Source of the DNA: Lytechinus pictus
Lineage: Eukaryota
Assembly (NCBI RefSeq): GCF_037042905.1
Contig: NC_087251.1
Coordinates: 6,140,001-6,204,000 of the forward strand
Direction: 5' to 3'
Length of the DNA stretch: 64,000 nt
Shown: in pieces, positions 63,431 through 64,000 of the stretch
Layout: each line of letters opens with the position of its first letter
Numbering within the stretch: position 1 is the first letter of the stretch
Notes under the pieces: model-generated
Database searches by the model: none
What the model saw: only the letters and a program-made list of their open reading frames with translations
Told to the model about the DNA's origin: nothing
Made by a program: the position numbers and the translations under genes

Positions 63431-63605
63431 CGACAATAAAGGAATGACACTTCACTCACAATAGTTGAATAATTGTACCTTAATTTATTAGGCAGCTCAT
63501 GACTTCAACCGCGGCGCCGTCAAGGGGCGAATTACCATCGTTGCATTGGCACTAAAACCAATCCACCACAAGGTGGCGCTATAGCACAAACAACAAACAT
63601 TGGCG
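63431..63605 (-). repeat. 5' LTR
   Basis: Identical to 58658-58832; followed on the minus strand by TGTCG and then the PBS. Confidence 0.92.
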
Positions 63606-64000
63606 CAGATGTCAGGAAACTGCCACTCGTTAGACCTTCATCCATATAATCGTGGTAATTGTATACTTTCTGTTTTCACAATTCATTTGGAGAAATATTT
63701 AGACCATAAATCACCCTAGACCGGTGACTATGGTCAAATACACGGTAAGCTCCTAGGCTCCCCGCCCGCTGTGCGGGCGGGAGCTTCCTGGGTTATCAAT
63801 GAACCAGTGGCAGTGCAATGAACAAGGTTATGAATATGATATAACCTTGTTCTCTGTTACTACTCCATGTGTGGCAAAATAAGGTTGATTTACCTTGATT
63901 TACCTTGATGTTGGGCATAAAGTATAGAAGACTTATTTGCCCCTCTGCATCTAGACTTAGAACTTGTCCTCAGTTATAAACGTTACAATTTCACATGCAT

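Larger units (their letters stand above)
58658..63605 (-). mobile_element. Young non-autonomous LTR retroelement with CG..CG termini and 3-bp TSD (Troyka-like)
   Basis: Identical 175-bp direct repeats, CAG duplicated, PBS-like TGGTGGCAGC (63425-63416), PPT GGAAGGGAAAAAGACAAAG (58857-58839), single long ORF. Confidence 0.88.
58316..63795. mobile_element. ~530-bp foldback element (TAACCCAG family, 9-bp TSD), split by an LTR element
   Basis: TSD TCAATGAAC at 58307-58315 and 63796-63804; palindrome centre near 58575; the right arm resumes at 63609. Confidence 0.9.

Overview
AT-rich animal genomic DNA, probably a marine invertebrate such as a sea urchin (inferred from the protein and repeat character). 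It holds one host gene: a 9-exon pinin (PNN) homologue on the minus strand (18795-57943, 566 aa reconstructed, all introns GT-AG and in frame). Intron 1 is 31.2 kb and is a deep nest of transposons. I resolved many elements by their termini and target-site duplications (TSDs): a full-length Sola2-type DNA transposon with an open transposase ORF, a 5'-truncated L1/Tx1-type LINE with a 14-bp TSD, a Penelope-like remnant with a decayed hammerhead motif, two Helentron-like elements, several 9-bp-TSD TA..TA (Academ-like) elements, Kolobok-, P-, piggyBac-, Harbinger- and Merlin-like non-autonomous elements, and two hairpin-ended elements. The most unusual object is a very young LTR element upstream of pinin (58658-63605). 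It has identical 175-bp LTRs with CG..CG termini, a 3-bp TSD and one 779-aa ORF with a catalytically dead protease-like domain, but no recognisable RT or integrase. Superfamily names rest on terminal signatures and remembered motifs, not on database searches.
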